DNA of 49,266 nucleotides from Nemertoderma westbladi. Taxonomy: Eukaryota; Animalia; Xenacoelomorpha. The DNA lies in NCBI GenBank assembly GCA_032718475.1, contig JAUCBJ010005134.1:1-49266 (forward strand). Direction: 5' to 3'. The notes beneath the pieces are model-generated. The model saw only the letters and a list, made by a program, of their open reading frames with translations. It was not told where the DNA came from and searched no databases. How positions within the stretch are numbered: position 1 is the stretch's first letter; every line of letters begins with the position of its first letter. Shown piece by piece: positions 1 to 12,464 of the stretch. The position numbers and the translations under genes are program-made.

Positions 1-487
1 TCACGCATCGCCATTGTGTGTACCACTGTGTTAAACAGTAGATCCCGCATCGCCATTGTGTGTACCACAGTGTTAAACAGTAGATCACGCATCGCCATTG
101 TGTGTACCACTGTGTTAAACAGTAGATCCCGCATCGCCATTGTGTGTACCACAGTGTTATACAGTAGATCACGCATCGCCATTGTGTGTGCCACTGTGTT
201 AAACAGTAGATCACGCATCGCCATTGTGTGTACCACAGTGTTAAACAGTAGATCACGCATCGCCATTGTGTGTACCACTGTGTTAAACAGTAGATCCCGC
301 ATCGCCATTGTGTGTACCACTGTGTTAAACAGTAGATCACGCATCGCCATTGTGTGTACCACTGTGTTAAACAGTAGATCCCGCATCGCCATTGTGTGTA
401 CCACTGTGTTAAACAGTAGATCACGCATCGCCATTGTATGTACCACTGTGTTAAACAGTAGATCACGCATCGCCATTGTGTGTACCA
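1..487. repeat. 42-bp tandem minisatellite (~11.5 copies; runs off window start)
   Basis: Unit TCACGCATCGCCATTGTGTGTACCACTGTGTTAAACAGTAGA repeated head-to-tail; explains the 14-aa periodic ORF 16..498. Confidence 0.97.
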
Positions 488-1353
488 GGCTCATATAAAA
501 TTATATAATATGCGTTACTAACCAATTAATTTACAGATTCAGGGGAAAATCCACCCCTGAGAAATATCGCAACACCATTTTTGGATAAAAAATGAAATAT
601 AATATAATAATGATTTATATATCGAGGAAACAACATTTTCCAATTGACAACCCAACTAATCCAATTGACAAATTAAATATTAGAGTCATGCAACACTGAG
701 TGATAGCAAAAATGAATAAGATATATAATAAATATGAAAGAAAGAAAATAAAATGTATGAATGACTAGTTCCACCAGCTAGTTGGAGGGGTTGGTTGGTC
801 TTTATGGCGGGTGCGGTTTAATGGTGGTGGTGGGGAGGGGGGGGGGGGGGTGGGGGGGGGGGGGTATGGGTAGACGATTGGCGAAGAAACGCACAAAAAC
901 GTTAACTATAAATTTCAATCAAGATATTATTATTTATGCATTAAAATAAAATAACAACGCGAAATAATAGAAAATAATTAATTGTCTTTACATAGAGTTG
1001 GTAAGAAAACTGACAGAAATTTTATTTTTAATTATAAAATATGGAACCATTGAACAAAGTTGCTAGCTGTGCAGCATTTGTTGTGCGAAAATTTCTGCCA
1101 TCTACCCTAATAGTTAACATATTTCCAACATTAGAAGATAAAATAAATAAAAACTAATTCGAATGGTTTATTGCGACGATTAATTATTGTAAACCTAGAA
1201 TAACGTGATAACTGATGGCATTAAAAGGTCGAACCGGGTATTAATAATAATTTGGATACGCATTACATCAATAAAACTTATTTAATTAAAACGAAAATAA
1301 ACGTTAGGAAATATGTCGACTATGTCTAACAACTAGATATACCGGTACCTCAC

Positions 1354-1437
1354 CTCCACAGCAAGCACTGTCGCACCAATTATCCCTATTGCTGTTGAAT
1401 ACTTTTCCAAGGTTTGGAAGGTAGAAAATGCGCATCC
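1354..1437 (-). CDS. Tetraspanin exon 6
   Basis: CAG acceptor, GCAFSTFQTLEKYSTAIGIIGATVLAVE (last EC2 Cys, start of TM4), GTGAG donor. Confidence 0.88.
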
Positions 1438-4400
1438 CTGGCGATTAGCAATGCAAAACAATAAAAGTTACAAATAGCATCTAGATGAGAAACCGCGTGA
1501 ATTATTACAGGGAGAACCAAAAAGGTCACTTCCCTCACTCAAACAGTTTAGTGTCATTTACAAACTTTGAGGGAACACGTGTGTGTTTTCTCCCACAAAC
1601 CTCTATCAGCACCACACCAATGCCGCAACCTCCGACTATCATGGCGTAATTCCCCAACCACTCGAACATAGCGGTGCTACAATCCTAAAGATAGGAGAGT
1701 TAATTATCACCAGAGCTCAGCAGTATTGCGGATGCCAGGTTATTCAATTGCGAAGCGGATTGGCTATGATATGGGCCAGTTCTCCGTTGAACGAGACAAT
1801 GCCTATTACGATTGTTCAGAAGTTGTATTGATTAAAAGGTTAACCGGCTTCTTGGTGGGCGCGAAATCCCCACCAAGAAGGTGGGGATTAGGCGAAAGAG
1901 TTTTGTATTATTATTTAAACGAATGATACTTAGATAGGTTGAATAATAAATGGGAATTACCGAGGGCTTTTGAGAAACTGGCCCATATTATATGAATAAT
2001 GAAAGCAATTATGATTATCATGCAGGTGGATGTTATGGCCCCTTTTAGATATCATTTCAATGGGGAGCGGCTAATAAAACCGGCGTTTTTGTAACCTCAA
2101 CAAAGAGCAAAGCTATACCAAATCCGGCCAGTTCCAAACCATGGCTGTAAATCAAATCGGAGACCGCTGGGCCACAACCCTAGTAAACAAAGTGGTACAG
2201 TTAGTGAATAAAGTGGTACAGTTATTGAATAAAGTGGTACAGTTTGTAGACAGACACCTAGAAATGTTATAAAACGTATCTCAATAACATAAGTTGATAA
2301 TGTTAACAGTCTACACCCAACTCTATTAAAAACAAAAATGACGTTGTAGTTAAAAAATACAAGTGTAGAATTCCAACCCTAGAAAAATAAATCGTTCATG
2401 GTCAGAAGGTTTTTCTAGGACAAACATTTGTGGACCATTTGTACAGGTTGGTTGTTGGGTAATTCAATTGATCGAGAGGTTTACCTATGTTGCAACGAGA
2501 TAGTTAGGGGGAGTGGATTGATTACGTTTGAAAGAGTTAAAAACTGATTTGGTTATGGAAAGGCAATAATATCGAATATCGAATCTATAATAATTGTGCG
2601 CGGTGCGTTAAGGTTGAGTGGAATGGCTATAAACTCCAGCTGAAATAATAAGATACAATATAATTCAGTATTATCCATCCACCAATGTAGTCAGTTGTAG
2701 AAAAAGTTAATTTATTTTATGTGCGTCAGGTACAAAGAGCTAAGTTTATTTGGCAAACTCCGCGATAAAGGTTGAGGTGTGGTGTATGAATTGTATGCAC
2801 ACTACACAGTAACCTCAATATCAGTAACCAATCTTAAACAAAGAAGAGATTGAGAAACGAACAAACACTTGGATTACTAATTGGCAATGTAATTACATTT
2901 TCAGGTAAATCCCAACCTAGGTGCGCGGCACACCCAAACGGTAAACGACTAATAGAAACTGACAAACACCGAGAAAATATATATTGAGACAAATCGAATA
3001 CCCTGGAAATACAAAAATAAAATTCATGCCGCAAATATTGAAACAAAAGAATCCGTAATTTATCTAGATCTAAAAATAAACTCGAGGACATTACATAATA
3101 TGAAGTAAGTGTATTATATAATACTTACCTCAACCTTCTTTACATTCTCGTTGTCTTTACCCTTTTGACACGACTGGTATTCCGCAACTTTGTCCTTGTA
3201 CTGGTTGCAACACGACGGAGGATAGTCTGTTTCGTTGGTAGCCACCAGATTCAGCTGGATCGGACTTCCATTGTAATCCGTGTAGTTATTACCTCCGCAG
3301 CAATCGAACTGAAAGTAAGTATGATTGAAAACAAGGAATATTTGGTGGGAGTCCGTTGGGCCGGGGTTATATAACGGTAAACAAACTCGCTATATTTGCC
3401 TCATATAAAAAATAATAATTATTAATCGAAGAAAAAGGAGGGAACTCCATCTTAGGGATATCCCCGTCCCAGAATCGATATTTTCATTTCGGCCGGAACC
3501 GGAATTTAGGGGGTACTTCAGACTTTATACTATCTGCCATCAGGCCAGGTCTATTTTTACCACGTAATTGGAACCGGGATGTGGTCATTTTAGAAATTTT
3601 TTTACATCTTGGCTGAAAACTTCTCAAATCCGTTACCCCTTTACCCTATTACGCCCCTTTACGTACTTTCTCTAATCCGTTACCATACCGCCCCCTTTAC
3701 GTACCTTCTCTAATCCGTTACCATACCGCCCCCTTTACGTACCTTCTCTAATCCGTTACCATACTGCCCCCTTTACGTATCTTCTCTAATCCGTTACCAT
3801 ACCGCCCCCTTTACGTACCTTCTCTAATCCGTTACCATACCGCCCACTTTACGTACCTTCTCTAATCCGTTACCATACCGCCCCCTTTACGTACCTTCTC
3901 TAATCCGTTACCATACTGCCCCCTTTACGTACCTTCTCTAATCCGTTACCATACTGCCCCCTTTACGTACCTTCTCTAATCCGTTACCATACCGCCCCCT
4001 TTACGTACCTTCTCTAATCCGTTACCATACCGCCCCCTTTACGTACCTTCTCTAATCCGTTACCATACCGCCCCCTTTACGTACCTTCTCTAATCCGTTA
4101 CCATACCGCCCCCTTTACGTACCTTCTCTAATCCGTAACCATACTGCCCCCTTTACGTACCTTCTCTAATCCGTTACCATACCGCCCCCTTTACGTACCT
4201 TCTCTAATCCGTTACCATACCGCCCCCTTTACGTACCTTCTCTAATCCGTTACCATACCGCCCCCTTTACGTACCTTCTCTAATCCGTTACCATACCGCC
4301 CCCTTTACGTACCTTCTCTAATCCGTAACCATACTGCCCCCTTTACGTACCTTCTCTAATCCGTTACCATACCGCCCCCTTTACGTACCTTCTCTAATCC

Positions 4401-7400
4401 GTTACCATACCGCCCCCTTTACGTACCTTCTCTAATCCGTAACCATACTGCCCCCTTTACGTACCTTCTCTAATCCGTTACCATACTGCCCCCTTTACGT
4501 ACCTTCTCTAATCCGTTACCATACTGCCCCCTTTACGTACCTTCTCTAATCCGTTACCATACCGCCCCCTTTACGTACCTTCTCTAATCCGTTACCATAC
4601 TGCCCCCTTTACGTACCTTCTCTAATCCGTTACCATACTGCCCCCTTTACGTACCTTCTCTAATCCGTTACCATACTGCCCCCTTTACGTACCTTCTCTA
4701 ATCCGTTACCATACTGCCCCCTTTACGTACCTTCTCTAATCCGTTACCATACTGCCCCAGTTACTTACCTGCTCTTGTACAAAGTAGAATGAATCGATGG
4801 CTGCCTCTTCGAGGGCGTTGGCTGGGTCGTATTTGTTGGCAACCTTGGTGTAACCTTTCTGGAACTCTTCTAACAAAGTGTCCTGAAGACAAAATAATGT
4901 TGGTGAATGACAATACATTAATACAAATTATAGACATCTGTAATTTATTGTTCTTTAATGTTAAATGTAATAAAATGTGGGGCGAGCCGCGAAGCGTCGT
5001 TGTCGTCGTCTAATTGTTGATCCCTAGTAACTCGGTCAGTTATTGATTAAATTAAACCAAACTTGGTACGTATGTAAACCGTTTAGAAAGAATTTGAAGT
5101 TTGGTGAAAAATCATACCTGTATGAATTGACAGACTGAAGTCTGTCAGTCGATACCAATAGTTTCAGACTTTTGATAAATACCGCAATAATTCTGACAAT
5201 CATATATCAAATTAAACCAAACTTGGTAAACATGAGGTCTCCCAGAGCTTTAGAAAGATTCTGGAGTTCTATGGCGGCGTATTGTAAGTACAAACAAATA
5301 TTCGGATCACAGCCTCTCAGGTTAGTCTCGTGCTGCGCGAAGATCTCACAAACTTGTAATATTTGGGATACCCGTATAATTATTTGTGCTGTTTTCTTTT
5401 AAAAAGAAATATATACCGGACAGGCAGTGACTAATGATACGGGACGTCGGTTCTGTTAGACCCCACCACACAGGACAACCATTTACGATAGTTTCTTAAA
5501 TTACTGGTAAATTTTCAATTAGCAGTGGTTAGGAAAACACACGTGTATGCCTACCGTACCGTGCATCACGTATCCCATTAGATTTACCAGATGGTTGCAG
5601 TGAAGTACATATTAATTGGTAGAAAATTTTTAAAAATTGTTTATTTTAGATTTAATTTAATTCAGGATTTAGACCGGTAAACTAGAACTATTCAATAGAA
5701 CCTAGAGAAAGTACAGAGGTTTCTTAAAGCGCATTATTGGCATTAAAAATGCGGGGTAGCTCAGTTAGTTAGCGCCGGGCCTGCAATCTACTGATTGTAG
5801 GTTCAGCCCCGCCAGGGTCCGACTCAGCCTTTCATGGGCAACACTTGGGATAGGAGTAACGACAACCCCTACTACCTTCGCGTACCAGCTATCGAAAGAG
5901 GATCCTCAGACTGTTTGCTTTGCTTGCATTGGCATTACACGTAACTCACCCATCTTTACATTCTATTTGTAGAAACTGGGGTAGTTCCACTGGCTCTCTG
6001 AGAAAGCCCTCGATAATAAAATTCTGGATAAGAATATTGTCTCTACCTAACTAACAACAGGTTTAAACAAGACTAATCCTAATGAATTGTTGGGCGAGGG
6101 AAGGAGAAATCATAAGTGGCACCAATTCAAACAGGGTAGATGGCCAGTTGTACTATGTACTAGAGGCAAGAAGTTATAAAACTACATGAGTTGAGTATTT
6201 TGGAGTTATGGCCTATATATTTTACATTACAAGCCAGGATGTCGACCTCATCGAGATAACCTTCCTGAAGATCTTGAAACTGTAATGTTGGATTCAGTTA
6301 TACAATAATCATGTTATAACACCAAATCATCTTACTTTATCAGTTATGATGTATATTTCATATTACAAGCCAAGATTCTGTGAAGCATTCTTATTTCTTA
6401 CTATAGATTTCTAGTGGTGGTAATGGACTCCTTTTGGGCTCATTGGAACTGCAATAGTTGATTTAGACCCATAGTACCGGTGTCACTAAAAAAATCCTCC
6501 AATGAGAATCTATCGTATCGCGATTATGTCGAAGTCTTGGTTTGTAATGTAAAATTCAAAATACTGATAATTTGGTCTTAAAACATAAAACATGCCTCTA
6601 TATAGTATAACTAAATCGACTATTGGGTTCCTAAGAGACCCAAATGAGTCACATATCACCACTCAAAACCTAAAACACCTATAATGAAAATGAAATACAT
6701 TCCGATAATATCGAAATATATGTAAAGTTACAATCCGCGAAAAAATGGCATGCATCTCAGATGACAGTTTCACATAAGCCAAATAAATCAATAAATGCGC
6801 TTCTAACAAACTAAAAATAGCCCTCATATGACCACCAGAAGTGTGTCTCGTGGCAAAACGCACCATCGCGACCTCATCGCTAATCGCGATTATAGTGGGA
6901 GTACTTTAGGGGCGTGAACACCGGGTAGACTTCAACCAAATAATGCCGGCACTTCTCGCTCCCCCGGGAGAACCAACCTTATATATAATTGCAAGAATAG
7001 CGCCAACCAGTTCCACAATTAGAATCAGAACAACCAAAATGGAGAAAATATACAAACAGACTTTACTTTCTCTAATTGCTCCACAACAACCGAAAAGCCC
7101 TGAAACAGAAATAAGACATATGCAATGAAATATTTATAACAAATACAAGTATATTAGTGTTGCAACGGGATCGGGATCCACAATTTTCGGTATAGGGATT
7201 TTTGATTTTATTTCGGCCGTACTCAACTCATCCAAAACCTAAAATAGCTATCTACCCTGCCCTCTTTATATGATTAAAAAAATCTTTCGAGAAATCTCAT
7301 GTACTAAAAAATGCCTAGATATGTAAAAATGGCCAATGACTTTTTCAAATGGTTCACAGACGTAGTTTATTTCATTTCACTTACGTTTTTAATATAACAG

Positions 7401-10400
7401 TGGTGCAGACACTGTTGAAGACACTGGTGCAGACACTGGTGCAGACAGTGGTGCAGACAGTGGTGCAGACACTGGTGCAGACAGTGGTGCAGACACTGGT
7501 GCAGACAGTGGTGCATTCACTGGTGCAGACAGTGGTGCAGACAGTGGGGCAGACACTGGTGCAGACAGTGGTGCAGACACTGGTGCAGACACTGGTGCAG
7601 ACACTGGTGCAGACACTGGTGCAGAAACTGGTGCAGACAGTGTTGCATTTACTGGTGCAGACACTGGTGCAGACACCTGGTGCAGACACTGGTGCAGAGA
7701 CCTGGTGCAGACAGTGGTGCATTCACTGGTGCAGACACTGGTGCAGACACCTGGTGCAGACACTGGTGCAGAGACCTGGTGCAGACAGTGGTGCAAACAC
7801 TGGTGCAGACACCTGGTGCAGACACTGGTGCAGAGACCTGGTGCAGACAGTGGTGCAGACACTGGTGCAGACAGTGGTGCAGACACTGGTGCAGACACTG
7901 GTGCAGACACCTGGTGCAGACACTGGTGCAGACACCTGGTGCAGACACTGGTGCAGAGACCTGGTGCAGACAGTGGTGCAGGCACCTGTTGAAAATACTG
8001 AAATACCAGAGTGGACGCAACAAAACACGGAACCACCAGGCACTATTATATTATATTTTATCATAGACTTTATTATCTACAAATATGCGCGTAATTACTG
8101 AAAGGTTCTACATGAAGTAGGGAGGAAGTATGTAGTACAAGTCGGGGTGCGTGGGGGTGAATGTGCCCTGATTACAAATAATTATAAGTGGTGTGTACGA
8201 AAGTAATTAATCGGTATTCCCGTTTTCATATAAACAATAATGTCTACAAACAGTGAGCTGCATTAGCAATGTCTCCAAGGAATGAGGCTTAAGCGAAAGG
8301 GTTTGATTGCTTATACATGACCTACTTAAGGAAGAGTATGTTCAATTTGTTTACCTTTACTGGAGTCAAGGCTTATTAATAAAACGATGTAATCAAGTTA
8401 TTGTCTCATACTGGGGATATACAATAACTAACTAATAATATAGAGCATGAACCAGTACATGCTCAGTCGTCAGTATGACTTGTTGGCAACTAATTCATAT
8501 TATGTAATTGTTATTGAGTTTGTTTACCGGGATCCCATTGAGAGACTGCTCCGTGGAAATCAGAATGGGTTCCGTAAAGGTCGTGGGACCATGGAGCCCA
8601 TTTTGGCACTTAGAAGGATAATTGAAGAGTTATCAAAAAAGAAAGACAGGCATCTGGCTGTTATCTTTGTTGACTTCTTCAAGGCCTTTAATTCAGTCTC
8701 TCGCTAACGTATATTCAGCATACTTTAATTATATGGGATTCCTGATGAAATTATTGCATCATTGTTATGGGGCGTCCTCCAGGGAGACACACTTGCACCA
8801 TTCTTGTTCATAATTGTGGTTGACTATGTTCTACGCATGTCCTTAGATCATCATAATGATGATGGGGTGATGATAACTCCACCTACTGGCTCCAGAAGTC
8901 GAGGAAATCCTGCCAAGTACCTAACTGATATAGACTTTGCTGATGACATAGGAGTACTCTCAGAATCATTAGAGGGAGCCCAACGGCTCCTCAGCTCATT
9001 AGAACATGCTGCTTCTAGTGTTGGTCTTTTTATTAACTCAAGAAAGACCAAAATTTTGACAGTTAACTTTGAAAGTCCTCAGCAAGTCTCTGATCGGATG
9101 AGCATAAGCTCAGGGATGGTATGCTTGAGCATGTGGACGACTTCTGTTACCTGGGATCAAGGATCCGGAAGTCAGGTGAAGACCTTCGAATACGTAAGGG
9201 AAAGGCATGGGCAGCCTTGAATAGGCTTTCCAGGATTTGGAAGTCACCGAGAATTAATCGGAAACTTAAGGTCCGATTATTTAGAGCAGCAGTAGTTCCA
9301 GCACTCCTCTATGGGAGTCCATGCTGGGCTCTAACTGCTGAGGACACCAAATCTCTGGATGGCACATTCACAAGAATGCTATGTCGGGTTCATTGTGTCA
9401 AGTACATTGTACACATCTCCAACCAGACACTATATAACATTGGAGGTGTCTCATTGGTTCCCCCATGCTTCACACTAGAACAAAATCGCCTCCGCTTTGC
9501 AGGACATTTCTTTCTCCGTGAGGACCAGCCAGTGCATAATCTTGTACTTTGGCAGCCTCATGGAATGAATAGGCCTAAGCATGGTGGACAGCCCATGACT
9601 TTCTTGAGACGCATCTTAAAGGACACTGGCCTTGAAGATGCGGATGATCTAGCAAATGTCATGGGTGATAGGGAGTTGTGCCGGCGCAATTTTATCGACA
9701 AGCCGGCACAGCCTTCTTAAAAATGCAGCTGCAATGCAGCATGCCGATCCTAGTAGTACTAGTCTGCACCACTGTCTGCACCAGTGTCTACACTACTGTC
9801 TGCACCACTGTCGGGCACCAGTGTCTACACCAGTGTCTGCACCACTGTCTGCACCAGTGTCTGCACCAGTGTTTGCAACAGAGTTTGCACCACTGTCTGC
9901 ACCACTGTTTGCACCACTGTCTGCATCACTGTCTGCACCACTGTCTGCACCACTGTCTGCATCAGTGTCTGCAACAGTGTCTGCACCAGTGTCTGCACCA
10001 GTATCTGCACCAGTGCCTGCATCAGTGTCTGCACCAGTGCCTGCATCAGTGTCTGCACCACTGTCTGCACCAGTGTCTGCACCAGTGTCTGCATCAGTAT
10101 CTGCACCAGTGTCTGCACCAGTGCCTGCACCAGTGTCTGCACCAGTGTCTGCAGCAGTCTCCGTACCAGTAGTGTCTGCACCAGTGTCTGCTTAACGTTT
10201 ACACCCATTAAGAATGCTATGGCGGCTTACCAAAAAAATTTCACCGCCACAACTCCCTATCCCCCATGACTTTCGCGAGATTATCCGCATCTCCAAGGCC
10301 AGTTTCCGGTTCCTAGTGTCTGGTTGGAGATGTGTGCATTGTACTTGACACAGTAATACCAGCAGCCACATAAAAATGTTTATCATATTATTCATATTCA

Positions 10401-12307
10401 ATAAAAAGAAACAAGTGTCCCTTCTATTATTTATAATATAGACATTCATATATCTGTAGCACTGTAGGAAGTTGTAAAAGCAAAACACTATTCTTTTACT
10501 TTATTATTCATTATTTTTGTTTTTGACAAAATTTTTTTAGTTTGTTATTGGGAAAAATTGTACATTTTTATACAATTTTACAAATTTTAAGCTATACAGG
10601 GAATATAAATTCAGTAGCAAATCCCGAAAACTCCCCATATTTTTTTCATGGGGATTTTCCATCGCGATCCCGATTTTCGGGATCGAGATCGCGCTGCAAC
10701 ACTAGTATACCACTATACCAGTATCTGTAGAGTCAAATCGTATTTCTTACAGTACATGATATTTGTGCTACTCAGAGGTCTTACACAATTACTGAAGACC
10801 AGCAGGTATACTACTGACTAGGGATGTGGAAAATGTCCGCATCCGCGGATATCCGCATGATATTTCGCATCCGCATTCGCAACCATGACATGCGGATGTT
10901 ACATACACTATCTAAGCTTCGTGTCTGCGCATATCCAACAATAACCACTCAATTAAAAAAATTTCACATTTCTTTTTTATCTTAAACTTTTTTTGGTTTT
11001 TATCTTTAAAATTATTAAAATATAAAATAATCAAAATTATTTATTTCTAGATAACAACTTGGCAGAAGTAAATGCATTATGCTGGTGTATTAAGAATAAG
11101 CACTGGTAGGAATAATTTTGTTTGATATATTATTGTTAGATTATTGGGAATGAATAGGCCTATTACTAGAAGATTAGAATATTAAAATGCTGGTGTAATC
11201 TGTATGTAGAAGGGAGGCTAGACAAAAATAAATATTTAATAGACATCCGCATCCACGGATATCAAAAATATGACATTCGCAACATCCCTACTACTGACCG
11301 ACCACAACGATTAATTAACATTGTAGTATGGTGACAATAAGATGCCACTGTCGTAAAACTACCTAGCAGCAAAGCGAAAATTGCTGTAAATAAAATACGC
11401 ATATTTAATTTATTTAGAGCCAATCAATAACAGTTTTATCAGTCAACCCCCCCCCCCCCCCCCCCCCCCCATCTCCTCCTCATCCACCGGTATATAGCAT
11501 AGGTACTTACTTACCGACAAGGAAGGCAACTACACCGACGGCGATGAGAATGTAAGAAGCGCTCTGAAATGTGGAAATATCAACCTCTGGAATATTGTCT
11601 AGAACCGAGGTGGATTTAGTGATAATCAGAATACCCAGTACCAATAGAGCCAATCCGCACAACTGAATAACATAAATAATATATATACCCGTATATGTAT
11701 ACGTGTGTGTATAGTGTACATAGCAGAGGAATGTATATAGGTGACGGGATGGGGATATGAATAGGTACCGGCACCGGTATTCTGAGTACCAGTACTGTAG
11801 TTTCCTCTTGGGAGTAGTTATATAACTGTGTACTGTATAGTTCTGGGGGGACCGCACTGGAAATAAATCGTCACACTTTGTGCGCCATCCCAATAGGCCA
11901 ATAGGCCGAGTAATGTCCGAAATTCCACAAAATTTATTAGATTAGAGCCTCATGACTTAGGGTTAGGGTTCAATTACTGCTTTAATCAGTTAATTAGGGT
12001 TTGGGGTGCCACTATTGTAACCTGAGAGGCCCAGCGCCAGCACGAGAAGGTGAAAATTACTGTAAGTCAGCAAGTCGTGTGAACCAAATTAATTATTCCA
12101 GCTGAAAGACCAAGACACAGACTTTTTTTATTTGTGCTGGCGCTGCCAGGCTGCCGGTAAGCCTACCCTACGTCCCTACTGCCCTACCCAGCTACACCTA
12201 CAATCGTACAGTACCTACCGGAACCGGCACAGGCCTAAACTTACCCAGAAGATTAAGTTGAAACCGAACATCAAATACTTGCAACATTTCATTCCACAAC
12301 CTTCCAT
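1354..12307 (-). CDS. Tetraspanin (CD63-like), spliced; 6 coding exons seen, C-terminal exon missing from window
   Basis: Exons 12307-12245, 11662-11515, 7099-6978, 4882-4769, 3308-3129, 1437-1354 join in frame with GT-AG sites (237 codons): MEGCGMKCCKYLMFGFNLIFW/LCGLALLVLG.../GLFGCCGAIRESK.../...FDCCG...PPSCC...GC. TM1-TM4 and the EC2 CCG motif with 6 Cys are diagnostic. Confidence 0.95.
3129..3308 (-). CDS. Tetraspanin exon 5 (CCG motif)
   Basis: TTTCAG acceptor, FDCCGGNNYTDY...YPPSCC...SCQKG...KVE, GTAAGT donor. Confidence 0.93.
3655..4758. repeat. 38-bp intronic minisatellite (~29 copies)
   Basis: Unit CCCCCTTTACGTACCTTCTCTAATCCGTTACCATACYG, near-identical copies. Confidence 0.97.
4769..4882 (-). 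CDS. Tetraspanin exon 4
   Basis: TTCAG acceptor, DTLLEEFQKGY...IDSFYFVQEQ (EC2 helices), GTAAGT donor. Confidence 0.9.
4977..5349 (+). mobile_element. Short Helentron/HINE (DINE-1-like) non-autonomous element
   Basis: 5' GTGGGGCGAGCCGCGAAG, (GTC)n microsatellite, 3' CGTGCTGCGCGAAGATCTCAC; ends shared with 23606-24203 and 37978-39826, internal AACCAAACTT...AAGTTTGGTGAAAAATCAT shared with 23606-24203. Confidence 0.6.
5751..5930 (+). mobile_element. tRNA-derived SINE (Deu/Nin-like central segment), degenerate
   Basis: A-box TAGCTCAGTTAG, B-box-like GGTTCAGCCC, then CAGGGTCCGACTCAGCCTTTCAT resembling the Deu/Nin domain. Confidence 0.6.
6978..7099 (-). CDS. Tetraspanin exon 3
   Basis: TTTCAG acceptor, (G)LFGCCGAIRESKVCLYIFSILVVLILIVELVGAILAIIYK, GT donor. 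Confidence 0.93.
7398..7985 (+). repeat. 12-bp tandem array (CTGGTGCAGACA)n
   Basis: Directly visible; source of the many repetitive ORFs at 7349-8101. Confidence 0.95.
8530..9720 (+). mobile_element. RTE-clade LINE, 5'-truncated and frameshifted
   Basis: RT motifs QNGFRKGRGT, FVDFFKAFNS, GVLQGDTLAPFLF, DIDFADD, FCYLGS, RLRFAGH in three broken ORFs. Confidence 0.92.
9762..10206 (-). repeat. Inverted copy of the 12-bp array ending in TAACGTTTACACCC
   Basis: (TGTCTGCACCAG)n is the reverse complement of the 7398-7985 unit. Confidence 0.93.
10819..11290. mobile_element. hAT-superfamily MITE
   Basis: TIR TAGGGATG...CATCCCTA, perfect 8-bp TSD CTACTGAC (10811-10818, 11291-11298), subterminal ATCCGC motifs. 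Confidence 0.92.
11515..11662 (-). CDS. Tetraspanin exon 2
   Basis: TTCAG acceptor, LCGLALLVLGILII...YILIAVGVVAFLV(G), GTAAGT donor, phase 1. Confidence 0.93.
12245..12307 (-). CDS. Tetraspanin exon 1
   Basis: ATG...MEGCGMKCCKYLMFGFNLIFW then GTAAG donor, phase 0. Confidence 0.93.
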
Positions 12308-12464
12308 TTTGCAGAATTTATAGTGATTGACTGATTGATTATGATTAACGTAGAGAAGAGGTTAAATTATAAAATAAAACTGTAAAACAAAGACAGAACT
12401 GCAGTAAGAAATAATGTACCGGTACAGGTAATGATTTAGTTGGACTGTTGGAGGCCTAGGAACA

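Larger units (their letters stand above)
7155..10704. mobile_element. Possible hAT-like non-autonomous element enclosing nested repeats
   Basis: Inverted ends TAGTGTTGCA (7155) / TGCAACACTA (10695-10704) with subterminal GGGAT(C) motifs at both sides; TSD only partial (AGTATA). Confidence 0.45.

Noticed and set aside
16-498. 160-aa repetitive ORF
   Set aside because: Translation of a 42-bp minisatellite; non-ATG start; probably intronic to the tetraspanin.
500-1353. Final tetraspanin exon
   Set aside because: No AG-bounded segment giving a convincing TM4 end and cytoplasmic tail; probably outside the window.
1500-3090. Possible decayed coding or LINE remnant in tetraspanin intron 5
   Set aside because: Short ORFs with no motif I can assign.
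3655-4758. CRISPR-like regular repeats (also 1-487 and 21336-21712)
   Set aside because: Head-to-tail units without unique spacers, no cas genes, eukaryotic context.
5751-5825. tRNA gene (also 47825-47897)
   Set aside because: A/B boxes present but no clean cloverleaf, and the sequence continues into a SINE body.
6260-6305. Hammerhead-like CTGAAGA...GAAAC (also CTGATGA at 29891 and 29944)
   Set aside because: Stems I and II cannot be formed around the core.
7349-10269. Many Cys/His/Val-rich ORFs on both strands
   Set aside because: Stop-free frames of a 12-bp tandem repeat, not genes.
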